Origin: a virus
Reading direction: 5' to 3' (one strand)
Virus record (IMG/VR): IMGVR_UViG_3300014026_000114
DNA: 64,000 nucleotides
Part shown: positions 26,981 through 37,584 of the stretch, piece after piece
How the letters are laid out: each line of letters begins with the position of its first letter
Position numbering within the stretch: the stretch's first letter is position 1
Made by a program: the position numbers and the translations under genes
Notes under the pieces: model-generated
The model's database searches: none
What the model saw: only the letters and a program-made list of their open reading frames with translations
Told to the model about the DNA's origin: nothing

Positions 26981-29900
26981 TTAAAACTTGTTTGTCATTT
27001 GAAGCACTGTTGAACGCGTCTTGTGGTTTGCGCTCGGATCTCTTGGTTTGTATTCCATCTCGTAGGAGTGTTGTAGCTGAATACTTGTACTTGGACCAAT
27101 CTGCGCATTGATGTCGATAGATACAGTGCGTGTTACCTCGTCGTACAGTGGTTTTGCTTTGTCTTTTGCTGTCTTATAGTCATAAGAGATTGTCGCACGC
27201 ACGTTGTCGGAAAGTGGACGACTGTACTCTACTGAGTAATCCCAAATGTCTTGTTTGCTGTTTTCGTGGTTGTCAATGTAATCAACTTTGTCCTTGCGAT
27301 AGGAAACACCAACGCGAAGCCCTGCAATGCTCTTTGGCTCCCAAACGAGACCAAGACCTGCACCAAAGACGTTTCTTGATTCGCCGTCAATTTTCTTTCC
27401 TGTCGATTCGTCAATTTCGCTCTTCTTGATGTTGTACTTCTCTTTTGCAATCAGGACATTGACTGTGAGTTCTTCAGGCACTAATTCGTAGCCGATTGTG
27501 AGCGTGTTGACAAGTGTCGTCGCATCCATTTCTTTGGAATCTGCCTCATATCCCTTTTTGCCAATCTTGCGTGTGTACTGCGATTTTGGCGTAACAGAGA
27601 TTCTGTCGGCAGGATAGAAGTGATGTGCAACAGTGAGGTCGAATCTTGTCTGATCTCCGTCAGCGTTATCGAAAATCTTTTGTGCATCCATTGACACATC
27701 GCCATCTACCCAAGGCTCACCAGAGTAGGAAAGCGTGGTATCAGAAGACCTCTTTGTATAAGGTTTGTTAGAAACATCATTGTAATCAAACCGCTGTTGG
27801 AGGCTGATTGTACCACGAGAGTTGCCAAGACGATCTGCAAGCGACCATTGCTTTGTTCCAGAGAGATAATAACTCGTCTTGGAATTATGCTTCACAGAAC
27901 CATCACTTTGCTCATTGCGCGTCCTTGGATATCTTGTATATCCGAACGCAAGAGCGGCGTTCTTCGGGAATGTGTAGTTCAGGACGAGATCAAGCCCGCG
28001 CTGTCCTGGGTCGTACAGATAATCAGCTTTGCCATCGCCGTTCTTGGTCGTGTAAAGATTATCACCTGTTCTATCCTCAACAAGCCCACTGGTATCGTAG
28101 TTGTCATCAATATTGACAAGATGTAGAGAACCGCGCAAACGACGCGAGAACGCATGAGAAATATCAAGGTAATCTGCGTTCGTTTTTGACTCAACACCAA
28201 GATCTACATATTTATTGATTGCTCTTGCAAATTCTCCTTCATAAGAGGTATTGCTGCGAGGGTTGTTGCTACGCACAAAGAGCGAATACACAGTTGTGTC
28301 TGCCTTTAGTGCTCCCATCGGCTTTTGAAGTGTTCCCTTTGCTTTTGCTTGCGCGAAGTTAAAGGAAAGCTCCATGTTTGGAATGAGTTTCTTGGTTACA
28401 TATTGTGCCGCAAAGAGTGCTTTTTCGTATTGCCCTTTGTGAACAATCGGTTGCGAATACGAACTGTTGTTATCAACCCATCCTTCTTTACCGCCGTCAT
28501 TTGGCTTGCCATAAAGGAGAGTCAAAGATTCTGCATTGTCATGGTAACCAACTTGAACGGCTTTGCAATCTGTGAGTTGGAGCGTATATGACGTGAAATC
28601 AAGCGAGAGCTTGCCAAAGCCAACAAAGTAACGGCTTCCCACATTGGAAAGGCTCAACCCATTTTCAGGATCATACATTGCAACAGTGTTGCCTGCTTGG
28701 ATGCCAGTTGTTCCAGATTTTGTATCTGTTTTGACGATAATATTTTTCCCAATACGTTTTCCGATGACTTGCCCGTTACTTTCAATGATAATTCCTTCGG
28801 AGTTGAGTCGCTGAATCGCGATTGGATCAAGGCGCTCAGGATGGAACTTAAAGAGCACGTTCCCGAACTCAAATGTAGAGCCTTGTTTCCCAAGCATCCC
28901 GTTTTCGTTCTTGGCAACAATACTCATGACGAGATCAAGTGCTTTATGTACGCGAACACCAAGTCCAATTTCAAGGGATTCGTTCAGCTCATATTGGTTC
29001 GTGATTGATTTCCTATATGCTTTACCATTATCATTCAAGCGGTTCAAATCAAGAGGCACATTGCCTTCGCCATGCTCGTCTGTATAGTAGATGTTATGAA
29101 CAGCTTCAATAAAGAAATGTTTTGCTTTTTGCTCTTCAAGGTGTGTGGCCGTCCAAATGAGATCGTTGAGGCTATCCATGTCGTAATTATCTTTTACGAC
29201 ATCCGCTTGAAGTGGTTCTGTTGGAATTGGCGCAAGCTGTTCAAGGTTAATGTCGCGAAGCGGGTTCTGTGCGTTCACATAATTGCTTTGCTCTTCTTTG
29301 ATGTTTGTTGAAGGAGATTGTCTGATGTTAATGAGAGACATATTGTCCGCTAATTGGTCTGGTGTCAATGACTGCATGATTTGGTTATCATAGTTACTTC
29401 CAGACGGGTAAGGTTGCTCATCGTCTTCCATCGCATCAGGATTAATCCCCTGCTCTTTGGCGATTCTTGCCAGCGCTTCAGGTGTTAAATATTTCTGAAT
29501 ATGCGCATTGATGTCTGCCTGCGTTGTGCCACGTTCAGGATCTTCGTTGTACCCTTCATCAGTAGGCGTGCCAAAAGAGCCATCGCTAGTGCCGCTTGCT
29601 TGTGCTGCTGGCGCACTTGACGGGGATGATGCTTTCTGCGATGCCGCTTCTGCTTTCTTTACGATGTCTTCAGGAACTTTGTTGAAGATTGCTTTGTAAT
29701 CGTCAAGGTATTTGTTCTGCAAATCCACAAGATCGCTGATTGTTTCATCCTGTGTTTCTTTATTGCTCGCTCGATTAACAAGATCCTGTTTTATGATTTC
29801 ACTCATAATGAGGATTTCAAACTCATTGAGCTTAAAGTCCTGTGAGATCAAGTTCATTGGAATAAATGTGTCACTTGATTTATTTGTATAATACTTCCGA

Positions 29901-30058
29901 AGCGTCTGTATATCTTCTGCCGATGCAGGTGCGGTAAAATTGGTGTTTTGTGTGTCTGCCGCAAATGCAATGGGCGCGAATTGGTTCGACAGGAAAAAGA
30001 GACTCGAACCCAGACAAAGAAGTTTTTTCTTCGTTTTTTGTTTCTTGGAAATATACAT
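26981..30058 (-). CDS. Large secreted protein, probable outer-membrane beta-barrel
   Basis: Signal peptide (..IAFA-AD); C-terminal half has alternating beta-strand patterns rich in Y/F/G; terminal Phe (VLQMTNKF). Confidence 0.65.
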   Translation of the reverse strand: MYISKKQKTKKKLLCLGSSLFFLSNQFAPIAFAADTQNTNFTAPASAEDIQTLRKYYTNKSSDTFIPMNLISQDFKLNEFEILIMSEIIKQDLVNRASNKETQDETISDLVDLQNKYLDDYKAIFNKVPEDIVKKAEAASQKASSPSSAPAAQASGTSDGSFGTPTDEGYNEDPERGTTQADINAHIQKYLTPEALARIAKEQGINPDAMEDDEQPYPSGSNYDNQIMQSLTPDQLADNMSLINIRQSPSTNIKEEQSNYVNAQNPLRDINLEQLAPIPTEPLQADVVKDNYDMDSLNDLIWTATHLEEQKAKHFFIEAVHNIYYTDEHGEGNVPLDLNRLNDNGKAYRKSITNQYELNESLEIGLGVRVHKALDLVMSIVAKNENGMLGKQGSTFEFGNVLFKFHPERLDPIAIQRLNSEGIIIESNGQVIGKRIGKNIIVKTDTKSGTTGIQAGNTVAMYDPENGLSLSNVGSRYFVGFGKLSLDFTSYTLQLTDCKAVQVGYHDNAESLTLLYGKPNDGGKEGWVDNNSSYSQPIVHKGQYEKALFAAQYVTKKLIPNMELSFNFAQAKAKGTLQKPMGALKADTTVYSLFVRSNNPRSNTSYEGEFARAINKYVDLGVESKTNADYLDISHAFSRRLRGSLHLVNIDDNYDTSGLVEDRTGDNLYTTKNGDGKADYLYDPGQRGLDLVLNYTFPKNAALAFGYTRYPRTRNEQSDGSVKHNSKTSYYLSGTKQWSLADRLGNSRGTISLQQRFDYNDVSNKPYTKRSSDTTLSYSGEPWVDGDVSMDAQKIFDNADGDQTRFDLTVAHHFYPADRISVTPKSQYTRKIGKKGYEADSKEMDATTLVNTLTIGYELVPEELTVNVLIAKEKYNIKKSEIDESTGKKIDGESRNVFGAGLGLVWEPKSIAGLRVGVSYRKDKVDYIDNHENSKQDIWDYSVEYSRPLSDNVRATISYDYKTAKDKAKPLYDEVTRTVSIDINAQIGPSTSIQLQHSYEMEYKPRDPSANHKTRSTVLQMTNKF

Positions 30059-30263
30059 GAACGGAAAACTCCTTTATCGAAGTCTGTTTTGAACAAACTT
30101 TCCTTAAAATTGCGTTCTAAAGTAAACTCCTTTTGGATAAAACAAAGGAGCAGTTAAATATGCTGTCTCTAATTATAACAACACTCAAACATCTCTTTCT
30201 CCTAAGTCAACTCTAAAAACGTTGTTCGGGCTTTGTTAGAATTTAGAGCAAGACAGGAGTTGA

Positions 30264-30986
30264 TTGTTTTTGAAAGATACTGTTGAATCAATCGAAAAAG
30301 AAGTTTCTTTGTCATTCTTACGCGCTAAAATCGCGGCTGTTTTTATATTCGTAATTATTGCGGTTACATTTGCGTTCTCATTGTCGCTCTATCAATGGCT
30401 CTATTTGGACACACATATTGGGATTCCATTTATGTCCAAGTTTTTTTATGACTTTGCGACGATTTTCCATGACAAATACATTGGCATTGGAATTGCATTT
30501 TGTGTGGGCTGTTACATTGTCAATAATCTGCAAAAATATTTTCCTGATTTCTACTACTCCGCGATAATTTATGCACCCCTCATGAAAAACCTCTATATGC
30601 TCCGATTCTGCGACAATATGCAATACAAGTCATTACAATTATCGGTCGAAGCGCTTGGCAATCCGCTCTATAAAGCAGTTATTAAAGAGACTCTTGAAGA
30701 AGTGGATAAAGGGAAGAATGTCGCAGAAGCGCTCAAAGAAGCAGATACGGGCGAACTATTCGATGAAAACGCGATTGTGCTGCTTGCTGTCAGCGAAGAA
30801 TTCAAGGACTTCCCCACAATTATGGGAAAAGGTATGGAGTGTTACGCCGATGGATTAAAGCATGATATTGAAATCTTTAATAAGAGAGTCATTCCAGTTA
30901 CAATTTGGCTTTTGATTGCGTTCTTCTTTGTGCTTTCCTTTACTCTGTTCTTTCCATTCGTCATGATGCGATTGTTAGCAATGTGA
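30264..30986 (+). CDS. PilC/GspF-like platform membrane protein (single-domain, divergent)
   Basis: EALGNPLYK....LEEVDKGKNVAEALKE...LFD....LLAVSEE pattern flanked by TM helices. Confidence 0.6.
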   Translation: MFLKDTVESIEKEVSLSFLRAKIAAVFIFVIIAVTFAFSLSLYQWLYLDTHIGIPFMSKFFYDFATIFHDKYIGIGIAFCVGCYIVNNLQKYFPDFYYSAIIYAPLMKNLYMLRFCDNMQYKSLQLSVEALGNPLYKAVIKETLEEVDKGKNVAEALKEADTGELFDENAIVLLAVSEEFKDFPTIMGKGMECYADGLKHDIEIFNKRVIPVTIWLLIAFFFVLSFTLFFPFVMMRLLAM

Positions 30987-31014
30987 CAGATTTTGAGGTA
31001 TACTTCTAAAAGAG

Positions 31015-31587
31015 GTGAACGTTATGCTAAAAAAAATATGTGCAATAGCAATTTTTTATTCCCTAACGTTGCTGTTTCCAACGATGACCTATGCGGCAGA
31101 CAATTCAAATGCACATGTGCTTGGTATCAGCAGGGAACAATGGAATAAGGATTTGAAGGTCATTGGCGGGGAATACGAATTTGCGCCAAACTTTCTTGAC
31201 TTAATTCAACAAAACGCAGACGAACTAAAAATTCGCCGAGGTGCGCAACACTTCGAGGAAGTTGGCACGAAAGAGGAAACGGCAAAAGATAAGCGTAGAA
31301 ATAACCCGCTCATGCAACTTCGTCCCAAGCGCACGAGATCGGCATACATCACGGATTTAGATATGGATGAGCGCACTTATCGCAAAGTGCTCACTTACAT
31401 CCCTTATCTTGGGTACTATTACAGTGAAAAACATATCGCACAAATACTGCCATATATTGTGCTGTGCTTTAACTACGACATCAGTCAGTCTGAAATCAAT
31501 TTCTATGTGAAGAGCTTCGTAAAAAAACAAACGCCGCCAGATATTGCGACAGAACGGTTATACAACGTTGTCGAAAACGAATACTAA
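31015..31587 (+). CDS. Hypothetical secreted protein
   Basis: Signal peptide ..MTYA-AD. Confidence 0.6.
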   Translation: MNVMLKKICAIAIFYSLTLLFPTMTYAADNSNAHVLGISREQWNKDLKVIGGEYEFAPNFLDLIQQNADELKIRRGAQHFEEVGTKEETAKDKRRNNPLMQLRPKRTRSAYITDLDMDERTYRKVLTYIPYLGYYYSEKHIAQILPYIVLCFNYDISQSEINFYVKSFVKKQTPPDIATERLYNVVENEY

Positions 31588-31604
31588 GAACGAGGTGATG
31601 GGTA

Positions 31605-31838
31605 GTGAGTCGAAGACGAGGATGCGGGCGTGCTCGCGTTTTAATTTCAACACTTTATTGTTGTGTTTGCGGTACTAAAATGTACGTTCCTCGCAATCAA
31701 GGGGCGCTAAGAGAATTGCGTCATAAGAAGCACATGTATTGCCCTGTGTGCAAAGAAGAGACTTTACACATTGAACAGCGCGAATTTGATGCTATTCCAC
31801 CAGCAGAATGTTCAGGAGCGGCAAATGCTACAATTTAG
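31605..31838 (+). CDS. Small zinc-ribbon protein resembling ribosomal bL33
   Basis: LYCCVCG...KKHMYCPVCKEETLHIE versus bL33 L.C..C...KKYCP.C.KHTLHKE. Confidence 0.55.
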   Translation: MSRRRGCGRARVLISTLYCCVCGTKMYVPRNQGALRELRHKKHMYCPVCKEETLHIEQREFDAIPPAECSGAANATI

Positions 31839-31877
31839 TTGGCCCTAAAACACAAAATAGAGAGGACTTGATTTGAT

Positions 31878-32084
31878 TTGTTCAAAGTTTTCGCGCTAGA
31901 CGATGCTACTGGAAAAGAATGTATCGCATTTGTTGTAGAGGAAAAAGATAAAGATTTGACCATAGAAAAAGTTTTCTTCTCTAGTAATGCAAAAACATGC
32001 TTTTTCCATAAATCGGACAATAAAGGTAATCCGTTAGGTGACCTTTCAATGGTAAGCAGGAAAGAGTTTTTGACGAAAAAGTAA
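31878..32084 (+). CDS. Small hypothetical protein
   Basis: GAGGA RBS; 68 aa; hairpin follows. Confidence 0.45.
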   Translation: MFKVFALDDATGKECIAFVVEEKDKDLTIEKVFFSSNAKTCFFHKSDNKGNPLGDLSMVSRKEFLTKK

Positions 32085-32199
32085 CTTGCTTTGAGATGTT
32101 TAATCTTAAGATAAACATCTCTTTTTTATCATAAGATGAACTTTGAAAGTTATAATTCAAATGAGATATTTTTGATCATTACTGAAAGGAGTGTTGTTT

Positions 32200-33582
32200 A
32201 TGAATTTGAATGACAAACTCAAACAGTCAGGGATTAAACTTTCGGCTGTTTGGAGAGCGTTAGGGTTCGCTATCGTGAACGATAGCAATCCAGCGCGCGT
32301 GCTGGCAGTTTGCCCGCATCATGACTCTGCCAATAACAGAAAGGGAGGCAACTGTCACCTCAACGATGTTGAAGGAGTCGGCAATTGTTTCTCCTGCGGC
32401 AACGGGTTTAACTCGGTGTCGCTCGTAAAGGAGGAGCTTGGTCTGCACGGGCGGCAGCTCGTCCGTTGGTTCGAGGAACAATTTAACGTTACCTTGACCG
32501 ACGGCGACAGTGCTCTAACAGTGGATGACGCTCGGCGTTCATTCTGCTATCGGTGCACTAAAACCGTCAACGATGCTGCGATGAATTACATCAAATCGCG
32601 TGGCATCAACGCCGAATCCATGAAGCATTTTGGGGTAGGTTATTGCCCCGAAGGAAATGCGGCATGGGCGATTATCAATGCGATGCAGAATGAAGGATAT
32701 TCGCGCGAACTTCTTCTGCAAGCGGGCGTGTTGACGCTCTCTAAAAAGGGCAAAGTATATTGCCCTTGGCAGAATCGCATTACGTTTATGGTCGGTCAAA
32801 ACATTTATGGCCGATCCATCGAGAAGGGCGCATTTCTGCCTCATCGCTACTCTGAGAGCGGAAACATGATTTTCAATCAAGCGTCTCTTAAAAAGGGTGT
32901 GAAGGTTGTGTTTCTCGTTGAAGCCGCTATTGACGCCATCATTGTGCGTCAGTATGCCCGTGCTCTCAACCGCGATTGGGTTGTGATTGCCACTTGCGGC
33001 ACGAATGGCATCAAGCCCGAAGTGCTCATTAGGGCAATCAAGGACGTTAATCCCGATGAAGTCGTCATCATTCCGGATTGCGATCCGTGGACGGCGACAA
33101 CGGGCAAGCGTCATGCTGTCGGTCAGCGGTCAGGTCTCAAAAAGGCGAAGTTCCTCGCCGAAGCAGGCATCCATGTGCGAATCATGGTACTTGACGAGGG
33201 AACTGACCCTGCCGATATGGGGAAGTTGAAAGCCCCCGTTGAGGAGTTCCAAAAGAGATTTCAGAAAGCACCTAATCCGTGCAGGTATGAAATCTTCATG
33301 GAGCGCCACTATTGGGAGATTTCCAAATGCGGAGCTTCTGCAAAGGAAGGATTCCTCTCTGCAGTGAAAGGGATTCTGAGCGCGAATCAGATTCCTTTGA
33401 AGGAGGATATCATCGAATACCTGTCTCAGCTCACGATGACATCAAGAGATGAGATTCGGAATTTCTTCGACAACTCCTTCTCGCAGTCGGAGGTTCTGAA
33501 GTACTTCCGTCGTTGCCGCTCTGCTGGGATGCAGGATGAAGCAATCTTGAAGCACATTCAGGAGCTTCTTGCGAAAAAGTAG
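32200..33582 (+). CDS. dnaG: DnaG-type DNA primase
   Basis: CPHHD...CFSCG zinc finger, YIKSRGI....MKHFGVGY, NRITF, Toprim LVEAAIDA and IPDCD, DPAD. Confidence 0.88.
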   Translation: MNLNDKLKQSGIKLSAVWRALGFAIVNDSNPARVLAVCPHHDSANNRKGGNCHLNDVEGVGNCFSCGNGFNSVSLVKEELGLHGRQLVRWFEEQFNVTLTDGDSALTVDDARRSFCYRCTKTVNDAAMNYIKSRGINAESMKHFGVGYCPEGNAAWAIINAMQNEGYSRELLLQAGVLTLSKKGKVYCPWQNRITFMVGQNIYGRSIEKGAFLPHRYSESGNMIFNQASLKKGVKVVFLVEAAIDAIIVRQYARALNRDWVVIATCGTNGIKPEVLIRAIKDVNPDEVVIIPDCDPWTATTGKRHAVGQRSGLKKAKFLAEAGIHVRIMVLDEGTDPADMGKLKAPVEEFQKRFQKAPNPCRYEIFMERHYWEISKCGASAKEGFLSAVKGILSANQIPLKEDIIEYLSQLTMTSRDEIRNFFDNSFSQSEVLKYFRRCRSAGMQDEAILKHIQELLAKK

Positions 33583-33654
33583 ACAAAAAAAGATGTCGGA
33601 AACGGCATCTTTTTTGTGCTAATATGGAAGAAAACGCGAAAGGAATTTGATTGA

Positions 33655-34443
33655 ATGGAATATTTAGTTTTTACATACGCACTTATTTTCATATCAGGAC
33701 TTTTTTTTGGCACATTTGCTAATGTGTGCATTAAGCGTTGGCACGATAGAACGCCACTCTTTTGTGCACCAACATGCGATACATGCGGGCACAAGATTCC
33801 TTGGTGCGACACTGTTCCTGTTTTAAGTTTCTTCCTAAATAAAGGAAAATGCGGCTACTGTCATGCTCCAATACCGCTTCAAAATCTCGTTGTTGAGCTT
33901 GTTACAGGTCTTACATTCCTTGCAATTTTTACTGGTTACGGTTTTTCGCTTGAAGGCATCAAGATGCTCCTTGTTGCATGGATGTTTATTGTCGGAACGG
34001 TTTCAGACATCAATTATCGCGAAGTTCCCAACGAACTCACTTTAATTGCTCTTATTGCGATGCCTACATTTATCCTTCTTAATGTTAATTCGCTTTTGAA
34101 CACGCTTTGGGGAGTTATTCCTGCAATTTGGATTGTTTTGTTCGCCTGCATCGTAGCGCACTTTACAGGACAAGAAGATATCATTGGCGGCGGTGATGTG
34201 AAGTTTATGTTCTCTGTTGGTGGACTGATGGGTATGGAATTTGTGCTCCTTATGTTTGTCCTTGGTTGCATCTCTCTTGCGCTCATGTATGGCTCATTTA
34301 TTATCGAAAGTGCTATCACAAAAGGCGCGAAAGGGACATCTGTTCCAATGCTCGTTGGATTTTCTCAGGCTTACGCATTGATGCTCTTGATGCACTATTT
34401 GGCTGACGCGAGGTTCGATGTTTTTGGAGGTTTTTTGCCATAG
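33655..34443 (+). CDS. Prepilin peptidase (A24A, PilD-like)
   Basis: GTFANVCIKR, CDTCGHKI.W.D.VPVLSF...GKCGYC, SDI...EVPN, GGGDVK. Confidence 0.9.
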   Translation: MEYLVFTYALIFISGLFFGTFANVCIKRWHDRTPLFCAPTCDTCGHKIPWCDTVPVLSFFLNKGKCGYCHAPIPLQNLVVELVTGLTFLAIFTGYGFSLEGIKMLLVAWMFIVGTVSDINYREVPNELTLIALIAMPTFILLNVNSLLNTLWGVIPAIWIVLFACIVAHFTGQEDIIGGGDVKFMFSVGGLMGMEFVLLMFVLGCISLALMYGSFIIESAITKGAKGTSVPMLVGFSQAYALMLLMHYLADARFDVFGGFLP

Positions 34444-34600
34444 AGATAAGTAATCGAATAGATTAAAAAACGCCTTGGTTATCGCTATTCAAGGCGTTTT
34501 TTTAGTTCAAATGCGTTGATTGCTATATAATCTTTGTAGGATTTCATCTATATGTGGCTATGTTTTTTGATCTTTTGCCACGCTAGAAAGGAGCGATAGG

Positions 34601-35392
34601 ATGAGCCAAAATAGTAGTTACTTCCAGTTCGTTCAAACGAGCATGTATAGTGAACGCTCATTAGAACGGTTATTGGAGGTTTGCGCAAAGAACCAATACA
34701 GTTTGGGGAATTGCGCAAAAGCTTTGTCTCAGAATCCTAATATTGTCGCATTTCGTTCTAAAGACGATATCGAGAAAGATGGGGGTAGGATTCTTCTTGA
34801 TGCAAAACCGATTGACGTGAATGCACCATTTAGAACACCAACTGGGACAAGGTTTACGTCGGTAAAGGTTTTTGACCTCAACCAAACAAGTCTTGGAATT
34901 CCTAAAAAGAATTTTCGAGAAGAAGATCATCTTGCCATTATTGCTCTTATGGCAAGACAAGCTGGTTTTGAGGTTGAAGAACATGAGTTCAAACCGACAT
35001 TTAAGCAATACATCTATTTCGACAAATCCTGCCGAAAGTATTGGCTTAAAGAGGGTGTTGGAACGGATGTTCAGGCGATGCTTCTCGCCAAAGAGCTAAT
35101 CCTAAAAAAGATTGGTTTTGAAAACAAGAAGCTAAAAGAGCAGGGTAAGCAAGAAATCAACGAAAACACGGCAAATTGCATTGCGATGACCGCTGCGTAC
35201 ATCGTTGAAACGTGGTTGGGCGGCGATATTAAAAAATTGCCGACACCCGCCAAACAAGGTTTGTGTCATGGAGAAGGGTTCTACAAGAACCTTAGTATGG
35301 CGCATTCCTTAGCGAAGAGATTCATTAAATCTCTATCGCAACTCATCAATGAGAGTAGGCGCAACACTCAGCCTAAACTCCAGATGAGATGA
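34601..35392 (+). CDS. ArdC/LtrC-like protein with degenerate zincin motif
   Basis: VKVFDLNQT; LLAKELIL where HExxH is expected; IAMTAAYIV..WLG. Confidence 0.45.
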   Translation: MSQNSSYFQFVQTSMYSERSLERLLEVCAKNQYSLGNCAKALSQNPNIVAFRSKDDIEKDGGRILLDAKPIDVNAPFRTPTGTRFTSVKVFDLNQTSLGIPKKNFREEDHLAIIALMARQAGFEVEEHEFKPTFKQYIYFDKSCRKYWLKEGVGTDVQAMLLAKELILKKIGFENKKLKEQGKQEINENTANCIAMTAAYIVETWLGGDIKKLPTPAKQGLCHGEGFYKNLSMAHSLAKRFIKSLSQLINESRRNTQPKLQMR

Positions 35393-35692
35393 AAACAGAA
35401 ACGAAAAGCTTCGCTCTTGCGGAGCTTTTTGTGTTTCCGTGGTAAGGCGTTTTTCGTTTTTCCATTTTACAAGAGGCGTTTACCTGTGGTATAATGCTCC
35501 CATCAGTTGTTAAGAAATCAGAAAACGCAACAAACTGATGAAGGAATTTAATATTTTTATCACAAAGCGCGAAAAAACTCCTTATTTCGCGTAGAAAGGA
35601 AAAGATAATTAGGTCATGGAACAAGCAACAAACTAAGAAAACTTCAAAGGAGGCGAGTTTTTGGAGCATTAAAAGGCTTCAAAACGAATGGA

Positions 35693-36931
35693 ATGAGTCA
35701 AACATGTTCAGCCACAATCATTTCTCTTTTTCCCAACACGGAGCAATCCAGTGTAGTCACAAAGATTACAATTAGAAAAAGAAGAAAACGGCAAAAGTCT
35801 GCTAAAGAGCAGACACAAAAAGAAGAATCGAAACCGAAGGTTGTAGTTATCTCAGAAGATCTTTTTAACCCAGAGTACATTGCCGAAGTCCAAAAGCAAA
35901 AGGAAAAGGAAGAACCAGAAGAGGAAAATGAAGAAGAAAATGAAGAAGCTGTAGATTGTAGTTGTTCTGAAGACGAAATTGAAGATTATGATGAAGATGA
36001 AGACGATAACGAAGATGAACCAATGGATTATGACGCAGGAGAAGCTGGCGTTGACGGTCTTGGCATCCTCTTCGCGCAGATTCGCCAATACGAGCCTTAT
36101 ACCAAAGAAGAAGAAGTAGCTAAGTTCCAAGAACTTAACAAATATATGTCGTTCCCCGCGAACGAAAAAGAAAAAGTTACAATACTTGATCGAGAAAATT
36201 ACAACAGACTCGCAAAAGAAATCGCATTGCACAATATACGCCTTGTCGTTAAAGTAGCGAAAAAGGTGTACGCAAACAACAAACGAATCCCAATGGAGGA
36301 TATGATCAATCAGGGTGTCATCGGCTTATATACAGCAATCGAAAAGTTCGATGTCTCCAAAGGATTTAAGTTCTCCACATATGCTTGGAACTGGATTCAC
36401 CAGACTATTGTTCGACACATTGCAAACACAGGACTGACAATCAGAGTACCAGTTCACTATCAGGAAAGTTTACGAAAAGCAAAACGCATTGAAAGCGAAT
36501 ATTTAGCCGAGAATGGCGGCGAGGATGCACCTGATGAATATATCGCCGACGAACTCGGTATCTCGCTTGACAAATTTAATCGTTACAAAGAGTCCTCTCA
36601 GACAGTCACAAGTCTGAATGTTCCTGTTGACGAAAATGAAACGCAAATGATGGAACTCTTGGATGATGGCGATACTCCACTTGAAACTAAAGTGCTCAAC
36701 GCTGAGCTTCATGAGAAACTCTTTGAAGCCATCAGGCATACGCTTGATAAGCGCGAAGCATTTATCATAATTAACTTATACAATCTCGCAGGTTCTGACG
36801 CGCCAATGGATTACGGCAAACTTGCGAAATATTTAAAACTCACGAAGGAACGCATTAGGCAGATTGAACACTCAGCTCTGCTGAAACTGCGCCATCCGTC
36901 GCACTCTAAAGGGTTTAGAGATTACTATTGA
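35693..36931 (+). CDS. RpoD-like sigma-70 factor
   Basis: NIRLVVKVAKK, DMINQGVIGLYTAIEKFDVSKGFKFSTYA, TIRVPVH, TKERIRQIE..AL.KLRHPS; acidic N-region. Confidence 0.92.
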   Translation: MSQTCSATIISLFPNTEQSSVVTKITIRKRRKRQKSAKEQTQKEESKPKVVVISEDLFNPEYIAEVQKQKEKEEPEEENEEENEEAVDCSCSEDEIEDYDEDEDDNEDEPMDYDAGEAGVDGLGILFAQIRQYEPYTKEEEVAKFQELNKYMSFPANEKEKVTILDRENYNRLAKEIALHNIRLVVKVAKKVYANNKRIPMEDMINQGVIGLYTAIEKFDVSKGFKFSTYAWNWIHQTIVRHIANTGLTIRVPVHYQESLRKAKRIESEYLAENGGEDAPDEYIADELGISLDKFNRYKESSQTVTSLNVPVDENETQMMELLDDGDTPLETKVLNAELHEKLFEAIRHTLDKREAFIIINLYNLAGSDAPMDYGKLAKYLKLTKERIRQIEHSALLKLRHPSHSKGFRDYY

Positions 36932-37033
36932 TTTTATTTGGGAGTTAAATAGCAAGAACGCTGACGCAATGTTGGCGTTCTTTTTTTTGTAGCACAAAAA
37001 AGAGCAACTGCAAATGCAATCGCTCTTCTAAAT

Positions 37034-37486
37034 TCAATTCTTGTCAGGCTTTCCCAATCGCGTCCACGGCGCTGTTGTGCTCTTTACGCGATCATGATCT
37101 GTTTCAATGTCCTTTGGAAATTGTTTTTCATATTCTTTTCGGAACTCATCAGGGTCAATAGAGAGATCTTTGAGCACCATTTCGATTTCTGTTTGATCAC
37201 GATAGACATCTAGGATAACTTCAAATTTTTCATGCGACATGTTTTTGAGGATATAGAGGTCCTTCATGTTTTCTTTCGTAAAACCTTGCACATAAAAATC
37301 TTTGATTTCCTCATCTGTGAAGTTTGTGTGCTTTTTGATGTAGGATATATCATTTTCCATCGTAGGTGTAATGGAAATATCATGTTTCACAACAGAAGTC
37401 TTTTTTGCTGCCGATACGGATGTTGTATTAAACGATGCAGGGAGCAAGATGCCAAGTAATAGGACAAGGCATATGATAACTCTCAT
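37034..37486 (-). CDS. Hypothetical secreted protein
   Basis: AGGAGG RBS, signal peptide. Confidence 0.6.
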   Translation of the reverse strand: MRVIICLVLLLGILLPASFNTTSVSAAKKTSVVKHDISITPTMENDISYIKKHTNFTDEEIKDFYVQGFTKENMKDLYILKNMSHEKFEVILDVYRDQTEIEMVLKDLSIDPDEFRKEYEKQFPKDIETDHDRVKSTTAPWTRLGKPDKN

Positions 37487-37584
37487 GATGTATTCCTCCT
37501 TTTGTTTTTAATTATACCATTCAAGATTCGAAACAAACTTCTCTTTGGAGTGGTATAATTATTGTATAAATTTTAGGTCGGAGG

